Origin: Octopus vulgaris
Lineage: Eukaryota
DNA: 64,000 bases
NCBI GenBank assembly: GCA_951406725.2
Contig: OX597825.1
Coordinates: 73,160,001-73,224,000, forward strand
Reading direction: 5' to 3'
The first letter of the stretch is position 1; each line of letters opens with the position of its first letter. Below the pieces are notes generated by a model, which worked only from the letters and a program-made list of their open reading frames with translations, had not been told where the DNA came from and ran no database searches. A program made the translations under genes and the position numbers. Shown here one piece after another: positions 58,511-64,000 of this stretch.

Positions 58511-59488
58511 ACCGATAGAATAAGTACTAGGATTACAAAGAATAAATCCTGGGGTGGATTTGCTCGACTAAACAAGTAAAAGAGTGAAGAGAATAAAGAG
58601 TAAGTACTCAGGTCGATTTTTTCGGCTAAACCCATCAAGGCAGAGCTGTAGCTGGGCCGCATCCAAGCAAAAGGTGAAAGATTAAAGATTAAAGCAAACA
58701 GCAGTTACAAGTAAGGAAGTATCCCGAGCGTTAGCATTGTTGGACTTTTACATTCTACAGTGAAATCAGAATCACATCTCTGTAATCCCGAGGAACTACG
58801 GACCATTCCATACGTTGATAATAATTGTGGCCGGAAGATCCCCGTCATACTTTGTAATATTCATAGGAAAAGATCAAAATGACAAATGGAAGCATAAATC
58901 AGGGGTTTCATATAATTCTTTCCCTTTGTCTTCACCAACAAAGACAGCCCAGAAGACAGTTTTTAAAAATATTTTCTTGCGCCCTTGGTTGGATTCATGA
59001 GCCCAGTCACAACTTTACCCACGAACTGGGTAACAGAAAGTGACTGATATAAAGAGGGCAAATGCCACAGAAGACATGGTTAGAGATGTTCCTGAAAGAC
59101 GTAGAGGAGATGGGATTCTCTTGGAGTGGTAAAAGAAGAGCAGCAGGTGAAGCCTTAAACGGAGACAATCTGTTGCCCAGTGGTCGGCATGGGAGTGTAG
59201 CTACAAAGAATATGCACGCATGTACGTATGTACATATGTAATGTATGTATGTATGTAAATTATGTATGTATGTATGTATGTATGTATGTATGTATGTATG
59301 TATGTATGTATGTGTGTATGTATGCGTGCAAGCATGTATGTATGCGCGTGTGAAAGGTATGTATGTGTACATATGTGTGTGTGTGTGTAGGTGTATGTAT
59401 ATACATATCTACCAGTCTTTCGTCTTCAGGATAATTTGTAATTTTAGACAAGAGTGTATGTACAATATATATATATATATATATATAG

Positions 59489-59697
59489 GATATAAATGTG
59501 AAACAAGGTGGAAAAAGAGTACTCAAATACCAGTGGTAGAGTAATATGCTTTATTTTAAGCAGCAGAAAATTCAACAAAATCTGTTATCTGAGTTTCTCG
59601 TTGCCGTTCATCAGACAGTTTCTAGCAAAAACTGTCTGATGAACGGCAACGAGAAACTCATAACAGATTTTGTTGAATTTTCTGTCTTAAAATAAAG
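59489..59697 (-). mobile_element. PLE-like (TA)n insert with fold-back carrying two opposed hammerheads
   Basis: Arms 59549-59621 / 59629-59697. Each contains ctgt-CTGATGA-acg(gcaa)cga-GAAA-ctc..ATA-acag (59582-59618 minus; 59632-59666 plus). The terminal part recurs at 61362-61434, also in (TA)n. Confidence 0.75.
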
Positions 59698-59808
<111 letters not shown>

Positions 59809-59849
59809 CTATACACACACACACACATATATATTATATATATATATAT

Positions 59850-59972
<123 letters not shown>

Positions 59973-60278
59973 GCATACAGTATATTGTTACGACGATGAC
60001 ACACAGACAACCATCGCTGCCTTCACTACCACCACCACCACCACCACCGACACAAGACAACGGCATTGTCATCACCATGACCGACTTCCATCCCTATTGT
60101 CAGTATCCTCATCATCGTCATCAGCAGCAGAGGCATCACCATCAACGTTATTGTAACTCTTCCCACCAACGGCGCTGCTGTCGTCACCAGCCCCGTCGCT
60201 GTCGACACCGGCGCCAACGTCAACAACCGATATCAGGATAAACCAGGTAGTACATGAAAACTGCAAGTACACACGTAT

Positions 60279-60313
<35 letters not shown>

Positions 60314-60625
60314 GACAGACAGACATACACAAAAATACACACTGCCATAGACTTACATACAGATACACACACACACACGCTCGCGCACACACACGACCGC
60401 ACACGCGCACACACAAACTCACATTCACATCATAATATATATATATATACATGCACACGCACATACGTGCATACACACTTGCATATGCATATATATATAT
60501 ATATAAGCATACGCGCACACACTGACATACAGACACATACACACACACACAAACACACACACGCATACACATACAGACACAAACGCACTGGCACTCAAAC
60601 AGAATCAAACACCTAATAATACATG

Positions 60626-60656
<31 letters not shown>

Positions 60657-60719
60657 TATTTATGTACATCCACATACGTATGTATACACTTGCATATGCA
60701 TATACACACAGACAGACAG

Positions 60720-60752
<33 letters not shown>

Positions 60753-61239
60753 GATATACATAGACACATACATACACAGACAAAGACACACACACACACA
60801 CACGCACACGAACACACACACACACACACAAGCAGACGAACACGCACGCACACGCAGCCTTATATATTTGTACACGATGTCAGACGGCCATTCATGCAGA
60901 ATGTGAAATCGAGCAGAATGCGAAGAAGAATTCTCAAAAAGCTGTAGTGTAGTAAATAAAATGAACGAGTTGATTCACCCGGCTGACACCCCCACTTCCC
61001 TCACACTCTCCACCCCTAACCCCCCACCACATCTCACACGAACATCACTACAATCCAGCTGCCATGTCATGTCTACCGTCTTTTTTTGTTTTTCTTTTTG
61101 CCTTCATTCATCTTTAGCATCCATTCTGAGACGAGCTTATAACCATACAACTTCTAGTTTCACTACGATTTGGCTTTCACTGATGTTTACGTAACTGAAA
61201 CAGATACATACATACATACATACATACATACATACATAC

Positions 61240-61357
<118 letters not shown>

Positions 61358-61433
61358 AAGCATATAAATGCGAAACAAGGTGGAAAAAATAGCACTCGAA
61401 TACCAGAGGTAGAGTAATATACTTTTCAATAAA

Positions 61434-61505
<72 letters not shown>

Positions 61506-61510
61506 ATATA

Positions 61511-61653
61511 GCTACACTTTTTAATAAAACTAATCGTTTGATAAGATCATTTGCGATCTTCAAGATATATATATGTATATATTATATACATATATATATC
61601 TTGAAGATCGCAAATGATGTTATCAAACGATTAGTTTTATAAAAAAGTGTAGC
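61511..61653. repeat. Near-perfect palindrome (70-bp arms) centred on a TA-rich core, after (TA)n
   Basis: gctacacttttt...cttcaagatatatatatgtatat / atatacatatatatatcttgaag...aaaaagtgtagc, with 2 mismatches seen. Confidence 0.9.
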
Positions 61654-61737
61654 GAAAAATCTCTGAATATTGTTATATCCTATACTTTATGTAGTCAGCT
61701 GGTTATCGGTTCCGTGAGAAAGAAAAGAAAACATTCC

Positions 61738-61893
61738 AGGCTTGGCTGTGTGGTAAGAAGCCTGCTTCCCAACTACACGGTTCCGGGTTCAGTCTCACTG
61801 CATGGCACCTTGGGCAGGTGTCTTCTACTATAGCCTCGGGCTGCCAAAAGCCTTGTGAATGAATTTGGTAAACGGAAACTGAAAGAAGTACGT
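61738..61893 (+). mobile_element. SINE family D 5' half running into compound microsatellite
   Basis: Matches 39408-39563. Confidence 0.8.
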
Positions 61894-61925
61894 CTTATGA
61901 ATATATATATATATATATATATATC

Positions 61926-61987
<62 letters not shown>

Positions 61988-61993
61988 TTTTGT

Positions 61994-62048
<55 letters not shown>

Positions 62049-62287
62049 GGAGACAGAGAGAGAGAGAAAGAGAGAGAGAGAAAGAGAGAGAGAGAGGTAG
62101 AGAGAGAAATACACACACACGCTTATGTTATGGATCTCCGTTTATTCCGCAATGAAGGCACCCTTTGTTATCTTCAGTTCCACCCTTAATGATTATATGG
62201 TGGTGTAGCTGTGATAACAATACTGAGAAGAAAGATAGAGAACAAGCCGGAAATATTCATATACATACACTTATATAAACTATATAG

Positions 62288-62370
<83 letters not shown>

Positions 62371-63569
62371 AACTTCGTTTCGACGGATTGTTCAAGCTGT
62401 GTTCCACTGAACATCATAACAATCTTTTCTCCAGAGCGTATCTATATTCGCGTGACTACAATGACACCTAAAACAATTAACAGAAGCACGGTAAACGTTA
62501 CCAGGCCCCACTCGTTCGCGAGTGACGGCCGAGTGTACTGCGCTAAATGTTACTTTTACACTGGAATATCACTAAAGACACAATCAATGAGACGAAGAAT
62601 TCACATGTTACAGACTTTTTATAACTAGTTATGTAAGCATTAGAGCTCCTTAAAGCATTTGTACGAATGACTACGAAAGATCTTTCGTTCGGTCAGTTAC
62701 AGGAAGAAAAGGAAGAAATACAACTGAATTCTTTGTTGTTAGATATTGACATTCTTTTAAGAAGTTGACATTTCTCTGAGACTGAGAGCAATTTTTGTTG
62801 AACGAGATAGATGTGTTCGGAAAACGGAAGACGAAGCTTAATAGAAGAGAGGAACAATATTAACGACATATACATAATATTGTGAGACGGTAACTGCAAT
62901 GAGAAGCAGACGACAGCTGTTAATACATGCAGCCGATCATAGACACAACAGAGACCTGAAAAGAAGAAAAACGAACATAAAAGAAAAACTGTATTTCATA
63001 AACCTGACACTGGAAGACATATGAATTATTAACAAAAGATTTTTAGAACCAACTATGAATTCGATAACAAAACAAATCGATGATCTTACCAGAGGCTTCG
63101 ATGACATAAGAGAGTCTACAAAATATGTCCGAAAATGTAAGCAACAACGGAAGAGAAAAATGAGGACACAATACATCTCTTGAATTCTGTCGTTTGGTTT
63201 AAATTTAACGACCAGTACACAAGCTATTTTATGTAACAGTGATAAATTATTCAAAAGATATACTGAGAATGATAGTTAACGTGACCCTCGAGAAAGAAAA
63301 TTGATATTTATTTCCACAAAAATTATGAGTAACGACTAGAAAATGCTATTAATCTAAAATAAATGGTGTGAGTATTCAAAGTGTGTTGCTGCATGAAAAG
63401 TCATAAAATATATTTCGTGAAGACCATCCTGTCGACGAAGTAACAAAGTGATTCTGGAAATATAATTGCAGTGTGTGTATTCTTCGTTGCAGCATTACCA
63501 TAACAGTCTAGTATATATATGTTCGCGCGCGCGCTTTTGAGTGTGTTTGTGTGTAAGTGTATACTAGAG

Positions 63570-63650
<81 letters not shown>

Positions 63651-63746
63651 CATATCTACTTATCTATATATCAACACAACTATCAATCTACATACACCTA
63701 TATTTTTATCAATATATATGTACATACATATACATACATACATACG

Positions 63747-63789
<43 letters not shown>

Positions 63790-63902
63790 TTATATATCTA
63801 TCTATATATATGTGTATATATATATATAGTTTGATGGATATAGAGCTCTATATATTATATATATATATTTATGTTTATTTATATATGTATGTATGTTTAC
63901 AT

Positions 63903-63940
<38 letters not shown>

Positions 63941-64000
63941 GCATATTCATATACATACATACATATATATACATGTATGTATATTGGTAATATCATAAGA

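Noticed and set aside
62693-63254. ORFs in the non-repetitive block near the window end
   Set aside because: No recognisable domain or clear splice framing.

Overview
AT-rich, microsatellite-saturated animal DNA. The SINE repertoire and simple-repeat load resemble an octopod cephalopod (inference). Nearly all ORFs in the track are translated microsatellites. Recognisable content: four tRNA-derived SINE families (labelled A-D here), decayed LINE fragments (RTE, CR1-like, R4/Dong-like), a decayed Penelope-like (PLE) reverse transcriptase at about 4640-5997 (-), decayed DNA transposons (mariner, Tc1 DD34E, DD37D) and MITEs (hAT, piggyBac, CCGTA-TIR, Helitron). There is one plausible terminal host exon at 57954-58086 (-). 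The main unexplained signal is a set of short, mutually dissimilar inserts, most lodged in (TA)n arrays. They carry minimal type-I hammerhead-ribozyme (HHR) motifs and/or fold back as long inverted repeats. Their HHR cores show C3-G8, U3-A8 and G3-C8 versions of the core pair. A second signal is SINE-A head-to-tail multimers with the same junction at three loci; one tetramer is bracketed by a single 13-bp target-site duplication (TSD). All calls were made by eye, coordinates of decayed elements are approximate, and no searches were run.
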